Source of the DNA: Planctomycetota bacterium
GTDB lineage: Bacteria; Planctomycetota; B15-G4; SIAN01
Assembly (NCBI GenBank): GCA_031409275.1
Contig: JANNXA010000055.1
Coordinates: forward strand, 448,001-512,000
Length of the DNA stretch: 64,000 bases
Direction: 5' to 3'
The notes under the pieces are model-generated. The model was not told the origin of the DNA and made no database searches. It saw only the letters and a program-made list of their open reading frames with translations. The position numbers were made by a program, and so were the translations under genes. Numbering within the stretch: position 1 is the stretch's first letter; every line of letters begins with the position of its first letter. Shown here piece after piece: positions 1 to 9,710 of the stretch.

Positions 1-1091
1 GTACGTTCACCGACGCCTATTGGGGGTTCGACCAGGGCTTCGACAGCTACGACGATCTGGGCATGGTGGTCGACGAGCACAACTTCGTCGCGGCCGCTTC
101 GGCGACCGGCCTCGCGCCGGTGAATCCCGAGGCGATGAAGACGGCCGCGCATCGCCGCATCACTTCGCCCGAAGTCGCCAACAAGGCGATCGACTTCCTC
201 GATTCGCACCGCAATCAGCGCTTCGTGCTGTTCGCCCACTTCTTCGACCCGCACGAGGACTACGTCAAGCATTCCGGCATCAACGAGCACTTCCCCGATC
301 GCCCGACGCCGAAGGACTTCCCCAACTCGGTGGATCGCAAGCCGGAAGTGACGGCGCGACTGCGCTCGCTCTACGAGGCGGAGATCGCCTACACCGACTT
401 CCACATCGGTCGCGTGCTGAAACGGCTCGAGGCGCTGGGCCTGGCGAAGAACACGGTCGTCGTGCTCTTCTCCGACCACGGCGAGGCGTTCAAGGAACAC
501 ATCCTCGATCCGACGGCGGAAGGCGACATGAGGAACCTCGGCCACGGCTCGTCGCTCTTCAACGAGCAGGTCCACGTGCCTTTGATCTTCCGCGCGCCAG
601 GGATCGAACCGGGGCGCGTGAAGACGCCGACGGGCAACCTCGACATCGGTCCGACCCTGCTCGAACTCTGCGGCGTCGATGCGGACGACTGGATCCACCA
701 CGGCCGCTCGCTGGTGGAGCTGATGCGCGACAAGAGCCGCGACCCGCAGCGTCGCGTCTTCTCGGCGCAGTACTTCGCCATGCCGCGCAAGGGCGACGCG
801 GAAACGGACCGCGTGCAGGCGGCGCACCGCGTCGACCAGGACGACCTCGCCGCCATCGAGTACGAGCCGGAGAAGGGCCAGCCGGGGCAGCGCTTCCTCT
901 TCAGCTGGAAGGAGCGCTGGCAGGACTACGCCAAGAATCTGGCGCAGACGTTGAAGGACGATCTCGAAGCGCTGCGCAGCTACTACGCGGAGAAGCGCGC
1001 CGAACTCGAGAAGCTGTCGCCGCCCGCCGAGCAGGTCGACACTTCGGGGGTCGACCAGACGCTGAAGGAACTCGGATACACCGGCCAGTGA
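1..1091 (+). CDS. Sulfatase-family protein (5' truncated by window edge)
   Basis: Frame 3 is open from the window start: WGFDQGFDSY, FAHFFDPHEDY, YEAEIAYTDFHIG, LFSDHGE, GHGSSLFNEQVHVPLI, ending LKELGY. The catalytic CxPxR/SxPxR motif lies outside the window. Confidence 0.88.
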   Translation, partial: TFTDAYWGFDQGFDSYDDLGMVVDEHNFVAAASATGLAPVNPEAMKTAAHRRITSPEVANKAIDFLDSHRNQRFVLFAHFFDPHEDYVKHSGINEHFPDRPTPKDFPNSVDRKPEVTARLRSLYEAEIAYTDFHIGRVLKRLEALGLAKNTVVVLFSDHGEAFKEHILDPTAEGDMRNLGHGSSLFNEQVHVPLIFRAPGIEPGRVKTPTGNLDIGPTLLELCGVDADDWIHHGRSLVELMRDKSRDPQRRVFSAQYFAMPRKGDAETDRVQAAHRVDQDDLAAIEYEPEKGQPGQRFLFSWKERWQDYAKNLAQTLKDDLEALRSYYAEKRAELEKLSPPAEQVDTSGVDQTLKELGYTGQ

Positions 1092-1104
1092 AGCGCGCCC
1101 TTCG

Positions 1105-2781
1105 ATGACGAACCTGCTCGCTCTCCTTTCGGTGGTCGCTGCGCTGCCGTTGGCGGGTGCGTCGCCCGGTGCGATCGAAGCGCCGCCGCCGCCGCGCCTC
1201 GTGGTGCTGCTGGTGGTCGATCAGTGTCGCAGCGACTACTTCGAGCGCTTCGCGCCGCACTTCGAGGGCTTCTTCGCGCGGCTGGTCGAGGAGGGGCGCT
1301 GGTTCTCCGACGGCGAGCACCACCACGCTCTCACCGTGACTGCACCCGGTCACGCCACGCTTGGCACCGGGCGTTTCCCGTCACACCACGGCATCGTCGG
1401 CAACGACTTCTTCGATCGGGCGACCGGCAAGCTGGTCGGCGCCGCCAACGATCCGGCCGCGGCTGCCGTCGGCGGCATGGGCGGCGGCTACTCGGGCCAT
1501 CGGCTGCAGTGCGATGGTCTCGGCGACTGGTGGAGCAAGGCGTATCCGACGGCCAAGGTCGTCGGCATCGCCCTGAAGCCACGCTCGGCGATCCTTCCGC
1601 TCGGCCGCGCTGGCCACGGCGCATGGTGGCTCGACGAGGACGTTGGCACGTTCGTCAGCTCGTCGCGCTGCATCGGCAACCAGCTCCCTGCGTGGGCGGT
1701 CGCGTTCACGTCGAGTCGACCGTGCGAGCGCTTCCCATCGAGCTGGGAGGCGACGCTTTCGGAAGCGGAGTACGACGCGCTCGGATGCACCGCCGACGCT
1801 CAGGACGGCGAGGCGCCGACCGGAACGCGGCCGACCACGACCTTCCCGCACGCGCTCGACGACACCAAACTGGGGCGGCGAGTCGCGGCGTTGGCCGTCT
1901 CGCCGTACGGCGATGAGCTCGTGCTCGACTTCGCCCGCGCCGCCGTGAGCGGCGAAGAGCTGGGCGCCGACGCCGTGCCGGACCTGCTGCTGCTCGGGTT
2001 CTCCTCGACCGACCTGATCGGCCATCGCCACGGTCCCGACTCGCGCGAGATCGCGGAGCAGATGATCGCGCTCGACCGCTCGCTGACCCTCTTCGCCGAG
2101 TTCCTCGCGGCGCGCGCCGGCGGCGGCGAAGTGCTCTTCGCGCTGTCGTCCGACCACGGGATCCCGCCATTGCCCGAGGTGGCGCGCACGCGCGGGAAAG
2201 AGGGCGATCGCATCGACTGGGCGACGCTCGAACCGACGGTGAGTCAGGCACTCGCCGCCATCGATCCGGCGCTGGCGAAGGCCGCGTTGCCGATCCCCGA
2301 ATATGGCATCCGGATCGACCGCAGCGCGCTCGCCAGCGCTGGCCTCAAAGTCGATGGCGTCGCCCGAGCGCTGGCGGCCACGTTGCGCAAGTCACCGCCC
2401 TTTCGCGACGCGCGCAGTCATGCCGAGTTGCAAGAGCCGCTGGCGCCAGGCGATCGCATCGGCGAACTGCTGCGCGCCTCCTCCGATGGCGAACGCGCCG
2501 GGGACGTGCTCTTCGTGCTGGCGCCCGGCACCATCTACATCCCGGCGCCATCGCGCGTCGCGCAACTGAAGAACGTCCTCGCCACCAGCCATGGTGCGCC
2601 GTGGGACAGCGACACGCGCATCCCGATCGTCTTCTTCGGCACCGGGGTCGAGAAGGGCCGCATCGCCGGCCGCGCGTGGAGCGTCGACGTCGCGCCGACG
2701 CTGTCGCTCGCGGCGGGAGTGCCGTTCCCGGCCGACCTCGACGGCCGCCCGCTGGAACTCGCCGCGCCCGCCCACAACTGA
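1105..2781 (+). CDS. Secreted alkaline phosphatase family protein (PafA/PhoK-like, nucleotide pyrophosphatase/phosphodiesterase fold)
   Basis: Signal peptide; LVVDQCR, Thr-nucleophile motif TVTAPGHATLGTG, STDLIGHRHGPDS, SSDHG, TSHGAPW. Confidence 0.88.
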   Translation: MTNLLALLSVVAALPLAGASPGAIEAPPPPRLVVLLVVDQCRSDYFERFAPHFEGFFARLVEEGRWFSDGEHHHALTVTAPGHATLGTGRFPSHHGIVGNDFFDRATGKLVGAANDPAAAAVGGMGGGYSGHRLQCDGLGDWWSKAYPTAKVVGIALKPRSAILPLGRAGHGAWWLDEDVGTFVSSSRCIGNQLPAWAVAFTSSRPCERFPSSWEATLSEAEYDALGCTADAQDGEAPTGTRPTTTFPHALDDTKLGRRVAALAVSPYGDELVLDFARAAVSGEELGADAVPDLLLLGFSSTDLIGHRHGPDSREIAEQMIALDRSLTLFAEFLAARAGGGEVLFALSSDHGIPPLPEVARTRGKEGDRIDWATLEPTVSQALAAIDPALAKAALPIPEYGIRIDRSALASAGLKVDGVARALAATLRKSPPFRDARSHAELQEPLAPGDRIGELLRASSDGERAGDVLFVLAPGTIYIPAPSRVAQLKNVLATSHGAPWDSDTRIPIVFFGTGVEKGRIAGRAWSVDVAPTLSLAAGVPFPADLDGRPLELAAPAHN

Positions 2782-2826
2782 TCGATCGTCACGCGGCGCC
2801 GCGGCGCCAGTGGACGCGAAGCTGCG

Positions 2827-4476
2827 TCAAGGAGCGCGCTCGAAGAGGACGACGATCGGCAGCAGGAGGCCGGCGACATCCTGCGCGAGTCGGCCGCTCG
2901 GCTGCGGTTCGTATCGGGCGACGACTCGCAGATGGAGCCGCTTCTCGATCGCGGCGATCGCATCGGGCTGCGCCATCGCGCTGCGCTGTTCGGTCGCGAA
3001 CCAGAGCCAGCGCGGCGGCGCGGCGCCGTCGCGCACCGCCGCCCCCATCTCGCGCAGGTCGCGCACTTGCAGCGGCGGCGCGATCGGCGGGAACGGCGCG
3101 TAGAGCCACGGCTCGCTGCACACCCAGACTTCATCGCCGGGCGCGCGCCGCTGCGCGAGGTCGGCGACCGACGCTGGTCGTGGATCGCTCCACTTCGAGG
3201 TGACGACCTGGCTCGCCTCGGCCGCGAGGAACGCCAGCGCCAGCACCGCGATCCCGACGCGCTGGCGGCTGCGAACGCCGCGTGCGTGAGCGATCGCCCA
3301 CACCAGCGCGACGGCGCCGCAAAGGCCAAGCGGAAGCGTGAAGCGCGGATAGACGTAGCCGGCCGGCGCCAGGAAGCCGATCAGGTAGGTGAGACCGGGA
3401 GCAAGCCAACACAACGCGCGTGGCCGCCGACGGACGGCCGCTTCCACCAGCAGCAGACCGCCCCCCGCCACTCCGGCGACCCCCGCTGCCGCCAGCAGCC
3501 GCTCGAAGGTGTCGTCGAGCAGGCCGAGCAGGCCGCTCGGCGAGAGGTCATGGATGCGGAAGGGCTGTGAACCGGCGCCGAAGAGATGCGCGACGTGGGC
3601 ACGCCACTGCGACGGAACGAGGATGCCGCTGAACGCCAGGTAGGCGAGCGCTCCGCCAAGCGCGAGCGCGCCGAAGCGAGCGGTGCGACTGGCGACGCAA
3701 CCGCGACCGCTCCTCCACGCAAACCACGCGATCCCCGGTGCCATCGCCGCGTATTGATCCTTGGTGGCCGCGGCGAGCCCGAGCGCGGCGCCGGACAGCA
3801 CGACGCGCGCGAAACCGGGTGGCACGCGCCCGGCGACCAGAAGCGCCCACGCGAGCGCGCTCCACGCCAACGCGGGAACGTCGGTGTTGAGGGTGACGCC
3901 GTAATGGACGACGGCCGGTTGCAGAGCGATCGCCAACGCGCCGATCCAGCCGAAGCGCGGTCCGGCGGCCGCCATCGCAAGCTCGGCCGTCGCCGCGGCC
4001 AGCAGCAGCACCATCAGCAGCGCGGCGATCCGTCCGGCCTGCACCAGCTTCCAGGCGCCCGCCTCGAAACCCGCCCCTTCTCGAAACAGGACGATCGAAG
4101 GGTCGAACGTCGAGTCGCCGCGGTGCTGCGTGACCGCGGCGCTGACGCGCTCGCGCAACTGCGCCAACTGCGCCTCTTCGGCATCGCTGAGCCATGTCGC
4201 GCGCGCGATCTGCTCGGCAGCGCCGAGCACGAGGTGCCACCCCTCCGGATACTTGTCGGGCGGCAGCTCGCCGATGGGCCACGCTTCGGCGGCGAGCAGC
4301 GATCGCAACGGCCACGGCGCATCGGGAGATGGATCGACGAGACTGGGGTTCCCCCATCCCCATCCGAGCCACGGCGCGACGGTTGCGACGATCAGCGCCA
4401 GCCAGACGCGGCGCCGCCCGGCGCTCCACGCGTGCTTCCGCGCCCCCTCGATCGTCGTATCATGAGCCGCCGCCAT
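2827..4476 (-). CDS. GT-C (ArnT/PMT-like, lipid-carrier-dependent) membrane glycosyltransferase
   Basis: Multiple TM helices; luminal acidic motif (SPDAP..KYP), NTDVPAL, GLAAATKDQYA, YPRFTLPL. Start chosen at ATG 4476 because the ORF-track extension overlaps nfeD. Confidence 0.7.
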   Translation of the reverse strand: MAAAHDTTIEGARKHAWSAGRRRVWLALIVATVAPWLGWGWGNPSLVDPSPDAPWPLRSLLAAEAWPIGELPPDKYPEGWHLVLGAAEQIARATWLSDAEEAQLAQLRERVSAAVTQHRGDSTFDPSIVLFREGAGFEAGAWKLVQAGRIAALLMVLLLAAATAELAMAAAGPRFGWIGALAIALQPAVVHYGVTLNTDVPALAWSALAWALLVAGRVPPGFARVVLSGAALGLAAATKDQYAAMAPGIAWFAWRSGRGCVASRTARFGALALGGALAYLAFSGILVPSQWRAHVAHLFGAGSQPFRIHDLSPSGLLGLLDDTFERLLAAAGVAGVAGGGLLLVEAAVRRRPRALCWLAPGLTYLIGFLAPAGYVYPRFTLPLGLCGAVALVWAIAHARGVRSRQRVGIAVLALAFLAAEASQVVTSKWSDPRPASVADLAQRRAPGDEVWVCSEPWLYAPFPPIAPPLQVRDLREMGAAVRDGAAPPRWLWFATEQRSAMAQPDAIAAIEKRLHLRVVARYEPQPSGRLAQDVAGLLLPIVVLFERAP

Positions 4477-4564
4477 ACGCGACGGCAGGCTACGGCGCGC
4501 ATCGGGCCGCTCAAGCCTCGTGAATCGGCTCCACCGTCCACGCCTCCGAGGAATGGCCCCCGCG

Positions 4565-6145
4565 ATGCCCTCGCACAAGTCCCCGCCGATGCTCCTCGTC
4601 GCCTTCCTGTCGCTGTTCCTGGCAGGGAGCGCAGGCGCATCGCCCGCCGATCCGATCGCCACGCACGCCGCCCAAGCGACCGAAGCGCCGACCCGCGCCG
4701 GCACGGTCGTCGTGCCGATCTCGGGAGCGCTTTCGGAAGAGATGGTCGCGCTGACCATCCGCTCGATCCGCCGCGCCCATGAACTCGGTGCGAAGGCGAT
4801 CGTCTTCGAGATCGACACCGAAGGCGGTGAAGTGACGCTGATGGATCGCCTGATCGACGAGATCGAAGACGCGGGCGATCTGCTGACCGTCGCCTACGTC
4901 ACGCAGAAGGCGGCTTCGGCCGGCTCGCTGATCGCGATCTCCTGCCAGCGCCTCTACATGGCGCCCGGCTCGAACATGGGCTCCGCGCTCGTGATCATGA
5001 TGCCGCAGCTCTTCGGCATCCCGCTCGGCGGGCCGGAGCGCATCGGCGGCGACCAGGACACGCTGTTCAAGAAGATGATCGGCCACTACCGCGCCCATTT
5101 CCGCGCGAAGGCACAAGCGAACGGACGCCCTGCCGCGCTGGCCGAGGCATTCGTCTACGCCGAGTCGGCGGTCTTCGAGGTCGCCGTCGACGGCGAGGTG
5201 CGCTACGTGAACGAGTCGGAATACGCCAACCTCGTGGCGCAGAAGGGCGAAGAGGGGCTGCGCAAGCAGCGGCAGATCTGCGCGAAAGGCGACGTCTTGA
5301 ACCTCACCGCCCAGGAGGCGTTCGAGGTGCGCATGATCGACGGCCTCGCCGCTTCGCGCGCCGATCTGCTCACGCAGCTCGGACTCGCGTCGGGAACGGT
5401 GACGGTCATCGAGCCCTCGTGGTCGGAACGGCTCGTCGGCTTCATCCAGTCGTGGGGACTGCTCTTCCTGATCGGCGGGATGATCGCGATCTTCGTGGAG
5501 GTGAAGCTCCCGGGCTTCGGTCTGCCCGGATTGACGGGTATCGCGCTGCTCGGACTGTGGATGTTCGGCAAGTACCTGGCCGGCCTCGCCGAAGTGACCG
5601 AACTGCTGCTGGTGGGCGCCGGCTTCGCCCTGATCGCGGTCGAGGTCTTCGTGCTGCCGGGAACGCTGGTCGCGGGCGTGACGGGCGGGCTCGCCGTCGT
5701 GGGTGGCCTCGTGATGGCCGCGCAACAGACCTTCCTGCCCGAGACCGATCGACCGAACGCCGACGCGGCGTGGTGGTCGACGACCGAATCGCTCACGCTG
5801 GGCATGGTGGCGAGCTGCATCGGCATGATCCTGCTGGCGATGTACCTGCCGCGCATCCCGTTCCTGAACCGCGCGATCCTGCGCGCCGGTACGAGCACGA
5901 CATTGACCATCGGCGCGGCCGCAGCGAGTCGAACGCATGACTCCTTCGATCCGGCCTACGCGCCGGCGCGCGGCGCATTCGGCATCGCACTGACGGTGCT
6001 GCGTCCCGCCGGCAAGGTGCAGATCGAGGGGCGTGAGCTCGACGCCGTCTCGGAAGGGGCGCTGGTCGACGCGGGCAGCGCCGTCGAAGTGGTGACGGTG
6101 GAACCGGGCCGACTGGTGGTGCGACCGCGCGCCACCAACGTCTGA
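4565..6145 (+). CDS. nfeD: Long NfeD (ClpP-like serine protease domain + TM region + OB-fold NfeD domain), YqeZ-like
   Basis: IDTEGG, AASAGSLIA (catalytic Ser), VEVKLPGFG..G, C-terminal LRPAGKVQIEG..DAVSEG. Start uncertain (4553/4565/4589). Confidence 0.88.
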   Translation: MPSHKSPPMLLVAFLSLFLAGSAGASPADPIATHAAQATEAPTRAGTVVVPISGALSEEMVALTIRSIRRAHELGAKAIVFEIDTEGGEVTLMDRLIDEIEDAGDLLTVAYVTQKAASAGSLIAISCQRLYMAPGSNMGSALVIMMPQLFGIPLGGPERIGGDQDTLFKKMIGHYRAHFRAKAQANGRPAALAEAFVYAESAVFEVAVDGEVRYVNESEYANLVAQKGEEGLRKQRQICAKGDVLNLTAQEAFEVRMIDGLAASRADLLTQLGLASGTVTVIEPSWSERLVGFIQSWGLLFLIGGMIAIFVEVKLPGFGLPGLTGIALLGLWMFGKYLAGLAEVTELLLVGAGFALIAVEVFVLPGTLVAGVTGGLAVVGGLVMAAQQTFLPETDRPNADAAWWSTTESLTLGMVASCIGMILLAMYLPRIPFLNRAILRAGTSTTLTIGAAAASRTHDSFDPAYAPARGAFGIALTVLRPAGKVQIEGRELDAVSEGALVDAGSAVEVVTVEPGRLVVRPRATNV

Positions 6146-6155
6146 GGAGCGACGA

Positions 6156-6644
6156 TTGTTCGAGTTCGGCGTCGAGGGCTGGGGTCTGCTGTTCGGCGGC
6201 GTCGTCGTCGTCATCTTCGAGATCCTGTTCCCTTCGGCAGGGCTGCTTGGCCTGCTGGCCGGATCGCTGCTGGTCGGCGGCGGCTGGTACGCCGCCCGCA
6301 ATGGCGGCAGCCCCGGCCTGATGAGCTACTCGCTCCTGGTGCTGCTGCTGGTGCCGCTCGCCGTCGTCTTCGCGTTCCGCGTCTTGCCGCGCACCCCGAT
6401 GGGCAAGCGGATGATCCTGAAAGGTCCAAGCTTCGCGCAGCGCACGGGCACCGAAGAGGGGCTCACGGAACTGCTGGGTAAGGTCGGTGTGGCGACGACG
6501 TCGCTGCGCCCGGCCGGCATCGCCTCGATCGAGGGGCGGCGCGTCGATGTGGTGACCCGCGGCGGCCACCTTGCAGCCGGCATGCCGGTGCGCGTGGTCC
6601 GGGTCGAAGGAAATCGAGTCATCGTGGAATCGGCGAGCGCCTGA
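6156..6644 (+). CDS. Short NfeD-family protein
   Basis: [11 protein letters not shown] region; [40 protein letters not shown]. Confidence 0.88.
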   Translation: MFEFGVEGWGLLFGGVVVVIFEILFPSAGLLGLLAGSLLVGGGWYAARNGGSPGLMSYSLLVLLLVPLAVVFAFRVLPRTPMGKRMILKGPSFAQRTGTEEGLTELLGKVGVATTSLRPAGIASIEGRRVDVVTRGGHLAAGMPVRVVRVEGNRVIVESASA

Positions 6645-6670
6645 CGCGCGTCGCCCAAAGAGGAGTCGAC

Positions 6671-7696
6671 ATGTCTCTGCTTGCGATCGACAGCGCCGTG
6701 ATCCTGACCGTGCTCGGCGCGATCTTCCTGCTGATCGTGCTGGTGGTCTTCTTCAAGTACCTCGGGCTCTACATCCGCTGCCTGACGTCGAACGCCAACA
6801 TCGGGCTCTTCGAGCTGCTGATGATGTCGCTGCGCAAGGTGAACCCGGAGACGATCGTCCAGGCGCGCATCTCCGCCGTGCAGGCAGGCGTCGACATCGA
6901 CCCGCGCGATCTGCAGGCGCACCTCCTCGCCGGCGGCAACGTGGTCAACGTCGTGCGCGCGATGATCGCCGCCGACCGCGCCGGCATCGCGCTCCCCTAC
7001 AAGACCGCAACCGGCATCGACCTCGCCGGCCGCAACGTGCTCGACGCCGTGCAGACCTGCGTCAACCCGCGCATCATCGACTGCCCGCAGGAGTCGGGCG
7101 CGAAGATCGCCGCCGTCGCGAAGGACGGCATCCAGCTGCTGGCGCGCGCGCGTGTCACCGTGCGCACCAACATCGGCCGCCTGATCGGCGGCGCGACCGA
7201 AGAGACGATCATCGCCCGCGTGGGCGAAGGCATCGTCTCCACCATCGGATCGGCGAACTCCTACAAGGACGTGCTCGAGAACCCCGATCGCATCAGCAAG
7301 ACGGTGCTCGGCAAGGGACTCGACGCCGGAACCGCGTTCGAGATCCTCTCGATCGACATTGCCGACGTCGACGTCGGCGAGAACATCGGCGCCAAGCTGC
7401 AGACCGACCAGGCCGAGGCCGACATGCGCGTCGCCGAGGCGCACGCCGAAAGCCGGCGCGCGACCGCCGTCGCGCTCGAGCAGGAGATGCAGGCGAAGGT
7501 CATGGAGAACCGCGCGAAGCTCGTCGAGGCGGAGGCGCAGGTCCCGTCCGCCATGGCCGACGCGTTCCGCAGCGGCCGGCTCGGAGTCATGGATTACGTC
7601 CGCATGCAGAACGTCCAGGCCGACACCACGATGCGCCAGGCGCTCGCGGGCGGCGATGCGGCCCCGGGCAGCGCCACCGCGCAGAAGAAGAGCTGA
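6671..7696 (+). CDS. floA: Flotillin-like protein FloA (YqfA family)
   Basis: [68 protein letters not shown]; canonical nfeD-floA context. Confidence 0.95.
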   Translation: MSLLAIDSAVILTVLGAIFLLIVLVVFFKYLGLYIRCLTSNANIGLFELLMMSLRKVNPETIVQARISAVQAGVDIDPRDLQAHLLAGGNVVNVVRAMIAADRAGIALPYKTATGIDLAGRNVLDAVQTCVNPRIIDCPQESGAKIAAVAKDGIQLLARARVTVRTNIGRLIGGATEETIIARVGEGIVSTIGSANSYKDVLENPDRISKTVLGKGLDAGTAFEILSIDIADVDVGENIGAKLQTDQAEADMRVAEAHAESRRATAVALEQEMQAKVMENRAKLVEAEAQVPSAMADAFRSGRLGVMDYVRMQNVQADTTMRQALAGGDAAPGSATAQKKS

Positions 7697-7717
7697 GCCG
7701 GCCTCGGCGCCACGACC

Positions 7718-8374
7718 ATGGAACTGCGCGACCTCCTCGATCTGCTGAAAGCCAACCCGATCATCGCGGTGTGGTTGGTGTTGATGGTGCTTGGTGGCCT
7801 CGGCCGCATGGTCGGTGGCGACCGCGGCAAGGCGCGTCGCACCGCCGCCGCTCCCGACCCGACCCGCGAGAAGCCGACTCCGAACGAGCTCGAGGAGCGC
7901 ATCCGCCGCAACTTCGAGGAGATGCTGCGGCGGCGCGGGCAGCCCACGAGCGAGGCGGCGCAGCCTGCCGCCCCGCCGCCTCCCGCCCCGCACGCGCCTC
8001 GCCCACCACCGGTATCGGAGCCGACTCGTGCGCGGCCGGCGATGGCGGAGCCGACCCGTGCGCGGCCGGCGATGGCGGAGCCGACGCGAGCGCGGCCTGC
8101 CACGGCGGAGCCGACGCGTGTCGCCAGAGTGCGCCGCGAGCCACTGCGCGGCGACGCGCCGGTGCGGGTCCGTTCGATTGCTCACACGATCCGAACCAGA
8201 GTCACCGCGGCGCCGAACCTGCCGGCCACGCCGCGGCCGCATCACGCTCCAGCGACGAGTGTGACCCGGCGTGCGCGTCCCGCGGAGCTTGGACCTCTCA
8301 ATCGCCGCCAGCTTCGCCGCGCCGTCATCCTGCGCGAGGTGCTCGATCCCCCGCTTGGACTGCGCGAAGAGTGA
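7718..8374 (+). CDS. YqfB-like membrane-anchored, Pro/Arg-rich protein
   Basis: N-terminal TM, low-complexity middle, C-terminal LRRAVILREVLDPPLGLR tail typical of genes following floA. Confidence 0.7.
   Translation: MELRDLLDLLKANPIIAVWLVLMVLGGLGRMVGGDRGKARRTAAAPDPTREKPTPNELEERIRRNFEEMLRRRGQPTSEAAQPAAPPPPAPHAPRPPPVSEPTRARPAMAEPTRARPAMAEPTRARPATAEPTRVARVRREPLRGDAPVRVRSIAHTIRTRVTAAPNLPATPRPHHAPATSVTRRARPAELGPLNRRQLRRAVILREVLDPPLGLREE
8018..8119 (+). repeat. 30-bp in-frame tandem repeat (about 3.5 copies; EPTRARPAMA)
   Basis: gagccgac..gcgcggcc units start at 8018, 8048, 8078, 8108. Confidence 0.9.
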
Positions 8375-8422
8375 AGCGGGTCGGTTCGATCGTCACGCTT
8401 CCGCGCGACGGCGACCGCAGGA

Positions 8423-8827
8423 TCACTCGATCACGCGCTTGACGCTGTGCCACGCTCGCGCGCCGAAGCAGCAGGTGTCGTCGTTCGCGCGCTCGCCCTG
8501 TCGGTCGAAGAAGCCCCAGAAACGGTCCGCTCGCTCGTCGAATTGGAAGCCGACCCACGGCCCGAATCCGGCGAGGTGATCGCCGGTGTCTTCGATCTCG
8601 CGTTCCCGACGATCGACCACGCGGCCGAGCCCGTCGACGACGCGGCCCCCACGATCGTCGAACTCTTCCGCGGTCGTTTCCGGCAAGCGCGCCAGGCGAT
8701 GCCAGAAACGGGTCGCCGCATCGCCGAGTTCCGGCTTGTCGAGCCCGGTGCCGCAGTAGCGCTCTTCGCCGCAGGCGCAGCCGGCGATCAAGATCGGCAG
8801 CGCGAGCGCCGCCAACCGGGCCGTCAT
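8423..8827 (-). CDS. Hypothetical lipoprotein
   Basis: MTARLAALALPILIAG|C lipobox; lies downstream of lolD on the same strand. Confidence 0.65.
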   Translation of the reverse strand: MTARLAALALPILIAGCACGEERYCGTGLDKPELGDAATRFWHRLARLPETTAEEFDDRGGRVVDGLGRVVDRREREIEDTGDHLAGFGPWVGFQFDERADRFWGFFDRQGERANDDTCCFGARAWHSVKRVIE

Positions 8828-8963
8828 CGGGCCTCGATTCGCGGCGCGAAGCGTCGTTGCGTCGACTGAGCTCTCTGCCATCGCAAGGACTCCTGCCCGT
8901 TCTCATCCGGGATTGGCGACCGACCGCGCGACCATGTCGCGGGCCGCAGCGCCGATCTTGCCG

Positions 8964-9710
8964 TCACACCATCGACTGCGGAACGACTCCTTCCGCAGCT
9001 CCTGGCGATTGGACGGCGTGGAGCCGTCCACCTTCCAGCCGCAACACCCGATCGAGGCGGTGCGCAAGGCGCAAGTTGTGCGTCACCAAGACCATCGCCG
9101 CCCCGCGTTCTCGCTGGATCGCCAGCAGCAGCTCTTCGATCTCGGCGCTGGTCCGCTCGTCGAGGTTGCCGGTGGGCTCATCGCACAGCAGCAGCGCGGG
9201 CTTGCGCAACAAGGCCCGCGCGATGGCGACCCGCTGCCGCTCGCCGCCGGAGAGGCGACTCGGCAGATGGCGGGCGCGGGAGGTCAAGCCGACCCGCTCC
9301 AGCAGCTCCGCGGCCGCGGCACGCGTCGCCTTCCGGGTCCGCATCCACTGCAGCGGAGAGACCCCGATCATCGCGCCGAGCAGCACGTTCTGCTCGGCGG
9401 TGAGCTCCGGAAGCAGGTGATAGAACTGGAAGACGAATCCCAGCCGATCGCGGCGCAGTTCGTCGCGGGTGCGACGCGACGCGACGCCGACATCGATGCC
9501 GTCGAGCTCGATCGAGCCACCGTTCTGACGATCGAGCAGCCCGATCAGGTGCAGCAAGGTCGACTTGCCGCCGCCACTGCGCCCCACGATCGCCACCGCC
9601 TCGCCGGGCGCGACTTCGAGGTCGACCCCGCGCAGGATCTCGAGGCGCTGCCCGCCCGAAACGAAGTGGCGTTCGAGCGCCGACACGCGGATGGCCGGAA
9701 CGTCACTCAT
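8964..9710 (-). CDS. lolD: LolD-like ABC transporter ATP-binding protein
   Basis: Walker A GRSGGGKST, GFVFQFYHLLPE, LSGGERQRVAIARAL, CDEPTGNLD, VTHN; overlaps the permease stop. Confidence 0.9.
   Translation of the reverse strand: MSDVPAIRVSALERHFVSGGQRLEILRGVDLEVAPGEAVAIVGRSGGGKSTLLHLIGLLDRQNGGSIELDGIDVGVASRRTRDELRRDRLGFVFQFYHLLPELTAEQNVLLGAMIGVSPLQWMRTRKATRAAAAELLERVGLTSRARHLPSRLSGGERQRVAIARALLRKPALLLCDEPTGNLDERTSAEIEELLLAIQRERGAAMVLVTHNLRLAHRLDRVLRLEGGRLHAVQSPGAAEGVVPQSMV

Noticed and set aside
4565..8374. nfeD-nfeD-floA-yqfB operon as a novel system, or as a target of the local ECF sigma
   Set aside because: This is a well-known conserved operon (yqeZ-yqfA-yqfB type), and no convincing AAC..CGT promoter was found upstream.
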